64,000 nt of DNA from a virus. Under the pieces are notes generated by a model. The model saw nothing but the letters and a program-made list of their open reading frames with translations, was not told the DNA's origin and made no database searches. How positions within the stretch are numbered: position 1 is the first letter of the stretch; each line of letters opens with the position of its first letter. Shown piece after piece: positions 9,462 to 19,141 of this stretch. The position numbers and the translations under genes were made by a program. The DNA lies in IMG/VR virus record IMGVR_UViG_3300027970_000006; one strand, given 5' to 3'.

Positions 9462-12323
9462 TCACCTTTTGTTAATTAGATTTAATATTTCTTCTGCAAC
9501 ATCACCAACATTTTGAGATATCTGATCTCCCATAACGGTTCTAATGATTTCTTTTTTCTTATTTAAAATATCATAAATCGCTCCCTCGATTGTGTTTTCA
9601 TATAAAGGATAATAAACTAACACGTTTGATTTTTGTCCATAACGATATGCCCGATCTTCTGCTTGAGCATGTTCTGCAGGAACAAATGATAAATCATTCA
9701 TTATAACAACCTCGGCAGATGTTAAAGTTAAACCAACACCGGCCGCCTTTAAATTCCCAACAAAAACTTTAATTTTTTCATCATTTTGAAATGAGTCAAC
9801 CGCTTGTTGACGAACTGCATTTGAACAACTTCCGTCAAGATAAACCGCTTTTTTTCCAAAATGTTGATAGATTGTTTGAAGGGTATCGGTAAAATTTGTG
9901 AAAATAATTATTTTTTTATCTTGTTCTAAAATGTTTTCGGCAAATTCTATTGTTTGTTTTGTTTTTTCATTTGCAATTACTTTTCTAACTTTCATTAACT
10001 TTGAAAACTGAACCGTAAGTGATGAAGACTCATCTGTGTTTTTATCATACCAATCATAATATTCACCCATAAGATCTTCATATTCTTTTGATTTTAATCT
10101 TAAATAAACAGGTGTAATAATTTTATCGGGTAAATCTAAAACATCTTCTTTTAATCTACGAAGAATTTGTTTTGAAGTTCTATCTCTTAATTCTTCAAGG
10201 TTAGACGCTCCCGACACATTCCATACTTTTCTGTTTCCTGCTTTAAATTGATACCCCTGACAATATCGGATGGCATACGCCATCCAATTTTGTGCGACGG
10301 AGCTTTCAATGATATTCAAAAGATTATAATAATTCATAGGTCGTGAAGTCATCGGTGTTCCCGTTAACAACCACACTCTATTAATTTTTTTAACAAAACT
10401 ATTTATGATTTTTGTTCTTTGTGCTTGAGCGTTTGAGATCATATGTGCCTCATCCAAAATAACTAAATCAAAATTACATTGTTCTAATAAAGTTAATTCC
10501 TTACTCTTTGGGTCGTGAAAGTTTTTTAATATATCATAGTTGATGATCACAAAATCATGTTCGGTTGAAAACTTTTTTCCTTCACAAATAAAAATAGACC
10601 TGTCAGAGTAATTTTCAATTTCTCTTTGCCAATTTATTTTTAATGATGCCGGACAAACAATTAATATTTTTTTTGATCCTGTTTCTAAAGATGCGATAAT
10701 TGTTGATGTTGTATTATGAGTTACGATACAATGTTCGGTTACATATAGTTTATCAGGAGAGTCTACTGAAATACAAACACTTTTTTCAAACCCAACCTTT
10801 TCAATATTTTTAATAAATCTACCAGTTGGATATTTTGTTGGTTCAACATACCTTTCGGATTTTCGTTTTAATCTGAAAGGGTTCAGTCCTTTTGGTAGTT
10901 TAATATTAACCCTATATGCTAACTGACCTTTCTTTTTTTCACCATTATGAGTGTATGTCGGGATACGTGTTTTAACCCTTGCGATACCACCTAATGTTTG
11001 AACCACCTCAACAACATCATCACAAAGTTGTTTTGAAATGGTGGAGAATTCAGTCCCTAAAAACTTCCCACTACCATTAAACATACAATGACCGTCAGTA
11101 TCCATTAATCCTTGTAAAATTGATAATCTATTTTCAATTGATGAATATTTGTATATTTCTGGAATAAATTTGTTATGGGAACGGGTGTGTTCGATACCTA
11201 AATCATATAAAGACAAATTCACATTAATATATCCATTTCTTTTATTACCTTGTGATTTATTTTCTTTTAAATTTAGTGAAGTAAATAAATTATCATAATC
11301 GTCTTTATGAACTGAAAATCTAATATTTTTTTTATTGAACGAACCATCACCTAGAGCAAGACCTAACAAATATGGGTCAATTGGAAGATTGTCGTTACGT
11401 TCAAATTGAATTGATTCTACAATAGGAATTTGCCATTTATTATTTCCGTTTGGTGATTTGAAATAAGTTTCAATTTCATATTCGTTATCTTTATTATAAC
11501 CAATACCTTTAACTCTAATTTTACCACCTTCAAACATTTGTTTTGTTGATAACACTAAAGATTTTTTTCGTCTTTCGTTTTTTCTATTTTTACCATAATT
11601 GGGCGATGAAACAGACCACAAATGTTCATCACCGGCCAAAATAGAAAATCCGTCATTAAATGTAATTTTATATGTTTCCTTAACTCCCTGTGGAAATACA
11701 CCAACTACATTATGGGGTTTACCGTCACTACCAATAACTTTATCTCCAACTCTAATATCCCCAATTTTTTTTGTTCCTGATGGAGTATAAACTGGAGTTT
11801 TTACGGGCAAGAATTTACCGAGTCCCATATCGTCTGCCAAAATAAATCTTTTTGATCCTGCCAATTTTTCAATTGCAATTTTTTGATGAGAAAGTGGAGG
11901 ACGATGTGAATACTTCGTATAATCAATAGAAACAGATTGGACATTATGTGTTTTAATTAATGCTGATTTAGGAACCCAAAATTCTGATAGTTTATCTTCA
12001 TCAAAAAACTTACCCCAAACATGATAAGATTTTTCTTTTTCAACCAACAACTTTTCAATATAAATTTGTTCGGGTGTTTTTAACAAACATCTTTCCTCTG
12101 AAAACTTTTTAGAAAAATAACTATCAAGATCAACCCATTTACGAGCAACTTTAGGTGTTGTGTCGTAATAGGATATAATATAATCTGATTGAGTTCTTGT
12201 TGGGTAAAACTTTTTGGATGATTCTTTTTTGTTTTTAAGATATAAGATATAGTTATTGGCTCCACTATAGGTGTCAAGTAATTCTAATGCTTTATGCTCA
12301 ATAAGAGGTTTTATATTTTCCAA
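9462..12323 (-). CDS. SNF2-family (SMARCAL1/HARP-like) helicase containing an intein
   Basis: LADDMGLGK|T Walker A split by the intein, DEAH, LTGTP, GVGLTL, QAEDRAYRYGQ; TTG start at 12323 is likely (track start 12368). Confidence 0.92.
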   Translation of the reverse strand: MENIKPLIEHKALELLDTYSGANNYILYLKNKKESSKKFYPTRTQSDYIISYYDTTPKVARKWVDLDSYFSKKFSEERCLLKTPEQIYIEKLLVEKEKSYHVWGKFFDEDKLSEFWVPKSALIKTHNVQSVSIDYTKYSHRPPLSHQKIAIEKLAGSKRFILADDMGLGKFLPVKTPVYTPSGTKKIGDIRVGDKVIGSDGKPHNVVGVFPQGVKETYKITFNDGFSILAGDEHLWSVSSPNYGKNRKNERRKKSLVLSTKQMFEGGKIRVKGIGYNKDNEYEIETYFKSPNGNNKWQIPIVESIQFERNDNLPIDPYLLGLALGDGSFNKKNIRFSVHKDDYDNLFTSLNLKENKSQGNKRNGYINVNLSLYDLGIEHTRSHNKFIPEIYKYSSIENRLSILQGLMDTDGHCMFNGSGKFLGTEFSTISKQLCDDVVEVVQTLGGIARVKTRIPTYTHNGEKKKGQLAYRVNIKLPKGLNPFRLKRKSERYVEPTKYPTGRFIKNIEKVGFEKSVCISVDSPDKLYVTEHCIVTHNTTSTIIASLETGSKKILIVCPASLKINWQREIENYSDRSIFICEGKKFSTEHDFVIINYDILKNFHDPKSKELTLLEQCNFDLVILDEAHMISNAQAQRTKIINSFVKKINRVWLLTGTPMTSRPMNYYNLLNIIESSVAQNWMAYAIRYCQGYQFKAGNRKVWNVSGASNLEELRDRTSKQILRRLKEDVLDLPDKIITPVYLRLKSKEYEDLMGEYYDWYDKNTDESSSLTVQFSKLMKVRKVIANEKTKQTIEFAENILEQDKKIIIFTNFTDTLQTIYQHFGKKAVYLDGSCSNAVRQQAVDSFQNDEKIKVFVGNLKAAGVGLTLTSAEVVIMNDLSFVPAEHAQAEDRAYRYGQKSNVLVYYPLYENTIEGAIYDILNKKKEIIRTVMGDQISQNVGDVAEEILNLINKR
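10713..11813 (-). mobile_element. 367-aa class 3-type intein with LAGLIDADG homing endonuclease
   Basis: Starts FLPVKTPV after GLGK; block B DEHLW; LLGLALGDG and LQGLMDTDG; block F VCISV; block G IVTHN followed by T. Confidence 0.92.
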
Positions 12324-12383
12324 ACCTATTCTTTTAATAAAAATAATAATAAAAGTAATATTTATCAATAAAAAAGATTTTTT

Positions 12384-12896
12384 ATGAGAAATAATGTTCC
12401 AATAACAAGGTTAGGCAAATTTTTTGGTGAGAAAGACTTTGAATTAGAGGTTTCAATCGGTCAAGAATGGTTAATTGGTGACATGAACTATACTTGTGTA
12501 TTGTATAGAATTGATAGAAATAAAATTAAAACAGATGATGTTTATGGTGAGGTTGTTAAAGATGGTATAAAATTTTTACCCCCTGTTGAGTTCAACGCTT
12601 ATGTTGGAATTGCAGCACCTGAAAACAAAATGGTTGGGACAACCAAAATGGATCAAATGGAACCGGGAAATATAACAATGTCAGTTTATTTAAAAACATT
12701 AGAAGATTTACAAATTGACATAGACTTTGGTGATTATGTTGGTTATTACGATACTGAAAACTTTGTTCGTTATTATACGGTTGTAAATGATGGTCGTGTA
12801 GTTTCGGACATTAAACATACGTATAAAGGTTACAAACCATTTTACCGTAGTATAATCGCGGCTCCTGTCGGACCAAATGAATTTAGAGGATTATAA
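12384..12896 (+). CDS. Head closure / neck protein (putative)
   Basis: DDVYGE motif, size and position before the tail-terminator-like gene. Confidence 0.55.
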   Translation: MRNNVPITRLGKFFGEKDFELEVSIGQEWLIGDMNYTCVLYRIDRNKIKTDDVYGEVVKDGIKFLPPVEFNAYVGIAAPENKMVGTTKMDQMEPGNITMSVYLKTLEDLQIDIDFGDYVGYYDTENFVRYYTVVNDGRVVSDIKHTYKGYKPFYRSIIAAPVGPNEFRGL

Positions 12897-13933
12897 TGGC
12901 ACTACCAAAACAAGTTAAACCAACAATACCTTTAAATTATCCTAAGACTCTTCTTCCAAGAAGAGAAGAAATAAAGGATATGATTACAAAGGACGGAACT
13001 TATTTACCTAAGTCATTATTACATGCAGACTTAGATAGAGGGTTTTTAGATTTTGTTAAGGAAAAATTCAATATTGTTTCAGAAGGAAATAGAATACCTG
13101 TTGTTGATATTTTAATTACAACTCAAAACTGGTCTCAATTTGTTGAAACTTGGGATTTTCAAAATATTGATAAAAACTTAGAGCCTCCATTTATAACCGT
13201 AATTAGAAATCCTGAAGTTAAATATGGAAATAACCCTGCGGTTATGTATAACATACCAAATAGACGAATGTATTATTATATGGAAGTTCCAACATGGGAT
13301 GGAAATAGACAGGGTGCTGACATTTATAAAATACCACAACCAGTCCCAATTGATTTAAAATATACCGTGGCAATAGTTTGTAATAGAATGAGAGAAGCAA
13401 ATACTCTTAATCAAAGAGTTATGGAAACATTCGCATCAAGACAAGCATATCAAACAATCAACGGACATTATATTCCAATTATTAATGATTCTTTTTCTGA
13501 TGAATCTGTTAATGATTTAGAAAAAAGAAAATATTATATTCAAAAATATGATTTCACAATGATGGGATTTTTAATTGATGAAGATCAATTTGAAGTTTAT
13601 CCTGCACTTTCAAGAACATTCCAAATGTTTGAAGTGGATCAAAGACCAATAAAAAGACCCCAAAAGAAACAACAACCACCACAATTGGAATCTATATCCT
13701 TTTCATACCCAAATAGTGCAACAACAGAAGAAAGACTTTTTGCTTATACTTGTAATTTATTTTTACTAGAAACAACAAATGTAATTTCTTTTTCTGTTTT
13801 CATTAACGATCAATATGTTGGTGATGATTTAGAACTTGTTCAGATTAATAATGGGGATGTGTTAAAAATTGTCGTGACAATTGGTGATACAGGTCAAGAA
13901 CCTTCAGTAGTTTTTACACAAAGTTTAATTTAA
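12896..13933 (+). CDS. Tail terminator / sheath stabiliser (T4 gp15-like)
   Basis: PQPVPIDLKYTVAI...EANTLNQRVM motif; position before the sheath; TAATG translational coupling. Confidence 0.6.
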   Translation: MALPKQVKPTIPLNYPKTLLPRREEIKDMITKDGTYLPKSLLHADLDRGFLDFVKEKFNIVSEGNRIPVVDILITTQNWSQFVETWDFQNIDKNLEPPFITVIRNPEVKYGNNPAVMYNIPNRRMYYYMEVPTWDGNRQGADIYKIPQPVPIDLKYTVAIVCNRMREANTLNQRVMETFASRQAYQTINGHYIPIINDSFSDESVNDLEKRKYYIQKYDFTMMGFLIDEDQFEVYPALSRTFQMFEVDQRPIKRPQKKQQPPQLESISFSYPNSATTEERLFAYTCNLFLLETTNVISFSVFINDQYVGDDLELVQINNGDVLKIVVTIGDTGQEPSVVFTQSLI

Positions 13934-14094
13934 TTTTCTCCGTATATATCCTTCTTTTCTTTACACTTTTCTAAAATTAAGTTTTCCAAAAACTTATACA
14001 TTTTAATACCTCTCTTATCACAATATTTTTTAAGAACATTGTGAACATCTTCGTCAATTTTTAAATTTTTTATCTTTTTGAGTTCTTTATCCAT
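13930..14094 (-). CDS. 54-aa ribbon-helix-helix DNA-binding protein (absent from the ORF track)
   Basis: MDKELKKIKNLKIDEDVHNVLKKYCDKRGIKMYKFLENLILEKCKEKKDIYGEN*: beta strand KNLKI, helix, G turn, helix; has its own TATTTATA on the minus strand. Confidence 0.75.
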   Translation of the reverse strand: MDKELKKIKNLKIDEDVHNVLKKYCDKRGIKMYKFLENLILEKCKEKKDIYGEN

Positions 14095-14182
14095 AGGGCA
14101 GAAAAAAGGCAGAATAAAATCATACCAAGATATAAATAGTTTTTATTTTGTAAAGTTTTTGATGAAAACCAAAGTATTTATA
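14095..14182. promoter_or_regulatory. Divergent TATTTATA promoters (RHH gene and sheath) with GGCAGAA direct repeat
   Basis: TATAAATA 14131-14138 (minus-strand motif), TATTTATA 14175-14182, GGCAGAA at 14097-14103 and 14108-14114. Confidence 0.6.
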
Positions 14183-14214
14183 GAAAAAATAAATAATTAA
14201 AAGTATTTTACAAT

Positions 14215-17200
14215 ATGGCAACTAACAGTAAGGTTTTTGTTTCGCCCGGTGTGTATACTTCTGAAGTTGACTTAAGCTTTGTAGCACAAAGTGTGGGTGT
14301 AACTACATTAGGTATTGTTGGGGAGACTTTAATAGGTCCAGCTTTTGAACCTATTTTCATTACAAATTTCACAGAATTTGAAACTGTTTTTGGGGCAACT
14401 TCTCCAGAAAAATTCATAAACACTCAAATTCCAAAATACGAAGCTTCGTATATTGCCAAGGCATACCTTCAACAATCTAATCAGTTATTTGTAACTAGAA
14501 TTCTTGGTTTATCAGGATATGACGCAGGCCCATCTTGGTCTGTAACAACTGTCGCTAACGTGAACCCATCAACAATTGGTGTTTGGTGTTTAAGTTCCGT
14601 TACAGATTTTACAACTTGTGAGACTATTTGTGTAACACCAAAAGAATTATCATTTACGGTTCCTTTTACAGCTTGTACAAACTCTCAAACAACAATTGGT
14701 TATACTACTGATTTTCCCGATGAAATTCAAAATATACTATTTGATCAATATGAACAATTTAATGGATCTGTATCTACTTTAGATTCACAAATTAGAAACT
14801 TAATTTTTGATGTAATAACCGATTCTCAACCATTCGTTGCAGAAGATGAATACATTTCTTACTTTGGTTCAATAGACACTAATGACTATAATACTTTAGA
14901 AGGTGCTGGATGGACAGCAGCAACTAACGTATTTAACGTTCCTTCAGTTTCTTTAGATGATACTGACTTAACATCTCCTTTGAATGACTCTTGGTATTAT
15001 GCCCTATTCACAAACACGGGGAATACTAATTATAGTGGTTATTCTTTCTTTACTTATATTTCAGGTTTAACTTCTTATTACCCTAACCCAACGCCAACAC
15101 CACAAGCGTCGGCTTCACCAACACCAACTCCTTCATTTGTTAATCCTTGTATTACACCTTCACCATTTACATCTCCAACACCGACACCGACACCTGTTAA
15201 CATAGATTGTTATTCAGGAACAATTGTTGGTAAAATTTATTACTATACTGGTACATCATATGTGAATTATGATAATGTGGTTGTTGGAACATTAAGGTCA
15301 AGAGGTATTTCAACTTATACAAATGCAACTAACCCAACTTATTCTGTAACAGGAACATCAGACGTAACACTTAATATGGCAGGTCAATACTCAACCGTAT
15401 TAAAAAACCCATACGCAACTTTTGGTGTAAACGTTGTTGATAAATTTGGAACAAATTATTCATTTGAAACTTCATTTACTCAAAACGATCCTGAATATTG
15501 GACTAAGGTATTTGGAGTAACTAACTTCCAAAAACCAAGAATTGAGGTTCCTGTTTTTGCTGAAGAAAATTTCCAATCATTCTTAAACTTCTCATGGAGA
15601 AAAGGATATATTAGAGGTTTAAATCCTAACTTAATTGCTCTTGACTCAGCACAAAGTGGTGATCCTGATTCAATTGGTTGGTATTTAGATAAATGGCAAA
15701 CACCTGTTTCACCTTTTGTTGTTTCAGAATTAAGAGGTAATAAAGTTTACGACCTATTTAGATTCTATACAATTTCTGATGGTGACGCAGCAAACACATT
15801 GGTTAAAATATCAATTATTAATCAATCATATAATAATTTAACGTTTGATGTATTGATTCGTAGTTATTTTGATACAGACGCAAACCCTGTGGTACTTGAG
15901 AAATTTACAAATTGTGGTATGGATCCGGGTCAAAATAATTTTATCGCAAATAAAATTGGTTCTTTAGACGGAGAATACGCACTTAATTCAAGATATGTAA
16001 TGGTTGAAATGAGTGAAGACGCTCCGATTGACACACTTCCTTGTGGATTTAACGGGTTTAATTTTAGAAACTACGCAGGTGCTAATTCACCATTCCCAAT
16101 TATTAAAGGTAAATATGACTTCCCTGGTGAAGTTATTTATAACCCACCATTTGGTTTATCTTCAGGTAACGATAATGCATTAGTAAGTCCGGGAGATAAC
16201 GTAAGAAGAACTTACTTAGGTATTTCTAATTCTTATGGATGGGATCCGGCATTCTTTGAATATATTGGTAAGAGAAACCCGATTAACTCTTGTGATATAG
16301 ATGGTCTTCCATTTAATTATAGATCTGAAGGTTTCCATATGGACGTAAATGCAAGTGGTTTAACAATCGGACCTGAATTCTCAACAAGTGGTGAACCAAG
16401 ATTTGTTTGTGGTAATTCATCATTCCTTACAGAACCAGAATTACCAACAAACGCTTATTACAGATTATTCGCACGTAAATTCACATTCTTAGTTCAAGGT
16501 GGATTTGATGGTTGGGATATCTATAGAGAATGGAGAACAAATACCGACGAATATCAAATTGGTAGAAGAGGTTTCCTTAACGGAGCATGTCCTTCATCAA
16601 GATACCCTACCGCAGTTGGTTGGGGAGCGTTTAAAGAAATTTCTTTGGGTGATGGAACACAAAACTTTGCTAATACCGACTATTATGCGTACTTGTTAGG
16701 TCAACAAACATTCGCAAACCCTGAAGCAACTAACATTAACGTATTTGTTACACCTGGTATTGATTATGTTAATAATAGTAATCTTGTTGAAGACGCAGTT
16801 CAAATGATTGAATTCAACAGAGCCGATTCACTTTATATTTGTACAACCCCTGACTACGACTTATATTTACCAACAACAACTGGTATTGATGGGTTTATCT
16901 ACCCTACAGAAGCGGTTAACAATTTGGATAACACAGGAATTGACTCAAACTATACCGCAACATATTATCCGTGGGTATTGACAAGAGATAGTGTAAATAA
17001 CACTCAAATCTATATTCCACCAACGGCTGAGGTAACAAGAAACTTGGCACTTACAGATAACATCGCGTTCCCGTGGTTCGCAGCGGCAGGTTACACTCGT
17101 GGTATTGTTAATTGTATTAAAGCTCGTAAGAAGTTAACACAAGAAGATAGAGACATTCTTTATGTTGGTAGAATTAATCCAATTGCCACTTTCTCTGATG

Positions 17201-17565
17201 TTGGTACGGTAATTTGGGGTAATAAAACTCTACAAGTTAGAGAATCTGCTCTTGACAGAATCAACGTTAGAAGATTGTTATTACAAGCTCGTAAGTTGAT
17301 TTCAGCGGTATCTATCAGATTGTTGTTTGAACAGAACGACGCACAAGTAAGACAAGACTTCTTAAATGCGGTTAACCCGATCTTAGATGCTATCAGAAGA
17401 GACCGTGGTTTATATGACTTCCGTGTAACGGTTTCTTCAGATCCTGAAGATTTAGATAGAAACCAATTAACAGGTAAAATCTATATCAAACCAACAAGAT
17501 CTCTTGAATTTATTGATATTACATTCTATATTACTCCAACAGGAGCATCTTTTGAAAATATCTAA
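14215..17565 (+). CDS. Contractile tail sheath protein (gp18-like) with large insertions
   Basis: SPGVYTSEVDLS N-terminus; PWFAAAGYTRG, INPIATF, IWGNKTLQ, RINVRRLLL, IKPTRSLEFI C-terminal motifs. Confidence 0.96.
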   Translation: MATNSKVFVSPGVYTSEVDLSFVAQSVGVTTLGIVGETLIGPAFEPIFITNFTEFETVFGATSPEKFINTQIPKYEASYIAKAYLQQSNQLFVTRILGLSGYDAGPSWSVTTVANVNPSTIGVWCLSSVTDFTTCETICVTPKELSFTVPFTACTNSQTTIGYTTDFPDEIQNILFDQYEQFNGSVSTLDSQIRNLIFDVITDSQPFVAEDEYISYFGSIDTNDYNTLEGAGWTAATNVFNVPSVSLDDTDLTSPLNDSWYYALFTNTGNTNYSGYSFFTYISGLTSYYPNPTPTPQASASPTPTPSFVNPCITPSPFTSPTPTPTPVNIDCYSGTIVGKIYYYTGTSYVNYDNVVVGTLRSRGISTYTNATNPTYSVTGTSDVTLNMAGQYSTVLKNPYATFGVNVVDKFGTNYSFETSFTQNDPEYWTKVFGVTNFQKPRIEVPVFAEENFQSFLNFSWRKGYIRGLNPNLIALDSAQSGDPDSIGWYLDKWQTPVSPFVVSELRGNKVYDLFRFYTISDGDAANTLVKISIINQSYNNLTFDVLIRSYFDTDANPVVLEKFTNCGMDPGQNNFIANKIGSLDGEYALNSRYVMVEMSEDAPIDTLPCGFNGFNFRNYAGANSPFPIIKGKYDFPGEVIYNPPFGLSSGNDNALVSPGDNVRRTYLGISNSYGWDPAFFEYIGKRNPINSCDIDGLPFNYRSEGFHMDVNASGLTIGPEFSTSGEPRFVCGNSSFLTEPELPTNAYYRLFARKFTFLVQGGFDGWDIYREWRTNTDEYQIGRRGFLNGACPSSRYPTAVGWGAFKEISLGDGTQNFANTDYYAYLLGQQTFANPEATNINVFVTPGIDYVNNSNLVEDAVQMIEFNRADSLYICTTPDYDLYLPTTTGIDGFIYPTEAVNNLDNTGIDSNYTATYYPWVLTRDSVNNTQIYIPPTAEVTRNLALTDNIAFPWFAAAGYTRGIVNCIKARKKLTQEDRDILYVGRINPIATFSDVGTVIWGNKTLQVRESALDRINVRRLLLQARKLISAVSIRLLFEQNDAQVRQDFLNAVNPILDAIRRDRGLYDFRVTVSSDPEDLDRNQLTGKIYIKPTRSLEFIDITFYITPTGASFENI

Positions 17566-17583
17566 TTTGAATTAAAGAAAACT

Positions 17584-17610
17584 AAAGGGGGACAATTGTT
17601 CCCCTTTTTT
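17584..17610 (+). terminator. Intrinsic terminator after the sheath
   Basis: AAAGGGGGAC-AATT-GTTCCCC-TTTTTT hairpin with U tract. Confidence 0.8.
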
Positions 17611-17632
17611 ATTAAACAAGATATTTATTATT

Positions 17633-18463
17633 ATGAATTATAAAAAAGTTGTAAAAGAAATTATTTCTGAAATTATTCACGATCAGATGAAACCAACGAT
17701 GAAGTATTACGCTTTTGATTGGGACGATAATCTTATGTATATGCCAACCAAAATTTATTTAAAAGACGATAAAGGAAAAAGTGTTGGTATGTCTACCGAA
17801 GATTTTGCTGAATATAGAACGGAAATTGGAAAAGAACCTTTTAAATATGAAGGACACACCATTGTTGATTTTGACAATGATCCTTTTAGAGATTTTAGAG
17901 TAACTGGTGATAAAAATTTTATAAAAGACTCTCTTAACGCAGAGACAGGTCCATCTTGGGATGATTTTGTTGAGGCGGTTAATGAGGGGTCTATTTTTTC
18001 AATCATCACAGCAAGAGGTCATACACCATCAGTTCTTAAAAATGCTGTTTATAATTTAATTAAAAAGAATAAACACGGGTTAAACGAAAAAACTATTGTA
18101 AAAAATCTTAAAAAATATAGAGATCTTGCCGATGAAGATGAACTTTCTGACGACGAACTAATTAGAGTTTATTTAGATATGTGTAGATTTCATCCTGTAA
18201 GTTTCGGAGAAGGATCAGCTGCAAATCCAGAACAATTAAAAGTAAATGCAATGAAAGAGTTTATGACTTATGTTCAAAATCTTTCAAGACAACTTCAAGA
18301 GAAGGCATTTATGAAAAACAAAATCAGTAATTATTTTATACCTTATATTGGTTTTTCAGATGATGATTTAAGAAATGTTCAAACAATGAGAAAATATTTT
18401 AATGATGAAGATGAATTAAAAATATATCATACTAGTAAAGAAGGAAAAACTAAATATGAGTAA
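17633..18463 (+). CDS. HAD-superfamily phosphatase-like protein
   Basis: YAFDWDDNL (motif I), IITARGH (motif II), K..., GFSDDDLRNV (motif IV). Confidence 0.75.
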   Translation: MNYKKVVKEIISEIIHDQMKPTMKYYAFDWDDNLMYMPTKIYLKDDKGKSVGMSTEDFAEYRTEIGKEPFKYEGHTIVDFDNDPFRDFRVTGDKNFIKDSLNAETGPSWDDFVEAVNEGSIFSIITARGHTPSVLKNAVYNLIKKNKHGLNEKTIVKNLKKYRDLADEDELSDDELIRVYLDMCRFHPVSFGEGSAANPEQLKVNAMKEFMTYVQNLSRQLQEKAFMKNKISNYFIPYIGFSDDDLRNVQTMRKYFNDEDELKIYHTSKEGKTKYE

Positions 18464-18528
18464 CTGGTCTAGTTAATAGATTATTTAAAAAAAAATAGAA
18501 GTAAATAGAAAAATTTTTCATAAGATAC

Positions 18529-18536
18529 TATTTATA
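18529..18536 (+). promoter_or_regulatory. TATTTATA putative late promoter of the tail tube gene
   Basis: Same motif, 34 nt before the ATG. Confidence 0.65.
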
Positions 18537-18570
18537 GTAAAAATAAAACAAAAAATTAAAAAAAAACAAT

Positions 18571-19059
18571 ATGGCTGATTTATTAATGAAAATGCCGATC
18601 CCTTACGAACCGAAGAGGGAGAACCGATGGATTTTGAGATTTCCATCATCACTTGGTATCAATGAATGGTATGTTGAAACAACATCAAGACCAAAACTTA
18701 CAATTGCGTCAACGGAAATTCAATTTTTGAATACTTCAACATATGTTGCAGGTCGTTTTACTTGGGGAGAATTACCCGTTACTTTCCGTGATCCAATTGG
18801 ACCTTCTGCGTCTCAAGCGGTTATGGAATGGATTCGTTTATGTGCTGAGTCGGTAACAGGACGTATGGGTTATGCTGCGGGATACAAGAAAAATGTTGAC
18901 CTTGAAATGTTAGACCCAACAGGTGTTGTTGTTGAAAAATGGATTTTGGAAGGAACTTTTCTTTTAGGATACGATGGTGGATCACTTACATATTCTTCAG
19001 ATGGTGTTGCAAAAATAAGTTGTTCTATGAGAATGGATCGTTGTATTTTAGTTTACTAA
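18571..19059 (+). CDS. Tail tube protein (gp19-like)
   Basis: YEPKRENRW, YVAGRFTWGELPVTFRDPI, YKKNVDLEMLDPTG...W; position after the sheath. Confidence 0.9.
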   Translation: MADLLMKMPIPYEPKRENRWILRFPSSLGINEWYVETTSRPKLTIASTEIQFLNTSTYVAGRFTWGELPVTFRDPIGPSASQAVMEWIRLCAESVTGRMGYAAGYKKNVDLEMLDPTGVVVEKWILEGTFLLGYDGGSLTYSSDGVAKISCSMRMDRCILVY

Positions 19060-19079
19060 TAAAAAAATAATATATATTC

Positions 19080-19110
19080 AAGACCTATTACTTTACTAGT
19101 GATAGGTCTT
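19080..19110 (+). terminator. Hairpin after the tube gene (terminator or processing site)
   Basis: AAGACCTATTAC-TTTACTA-GTGATAGGTCTT inverted repeat; short U tract. Confidence 0.55.
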
Positions 19111-19141
19111 TGTTATGTTTATAACAAAAGAATTTTATATT

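Noticed and set aside
12324-12368. N-terminal extension of the helicase (MINITFIIIF...)
   Set aside because: It spans the divergent promoter region containing the TATTTAT of the opposite gene; TTG at 12323 is more plausible
19115-19141. Upstream ATG start for the chaperone (track start 19115)
   Set aside because: It overlaps the putative promoter-like TATGTTTAT; ATG 19142 with an A/T-rich leader fits better
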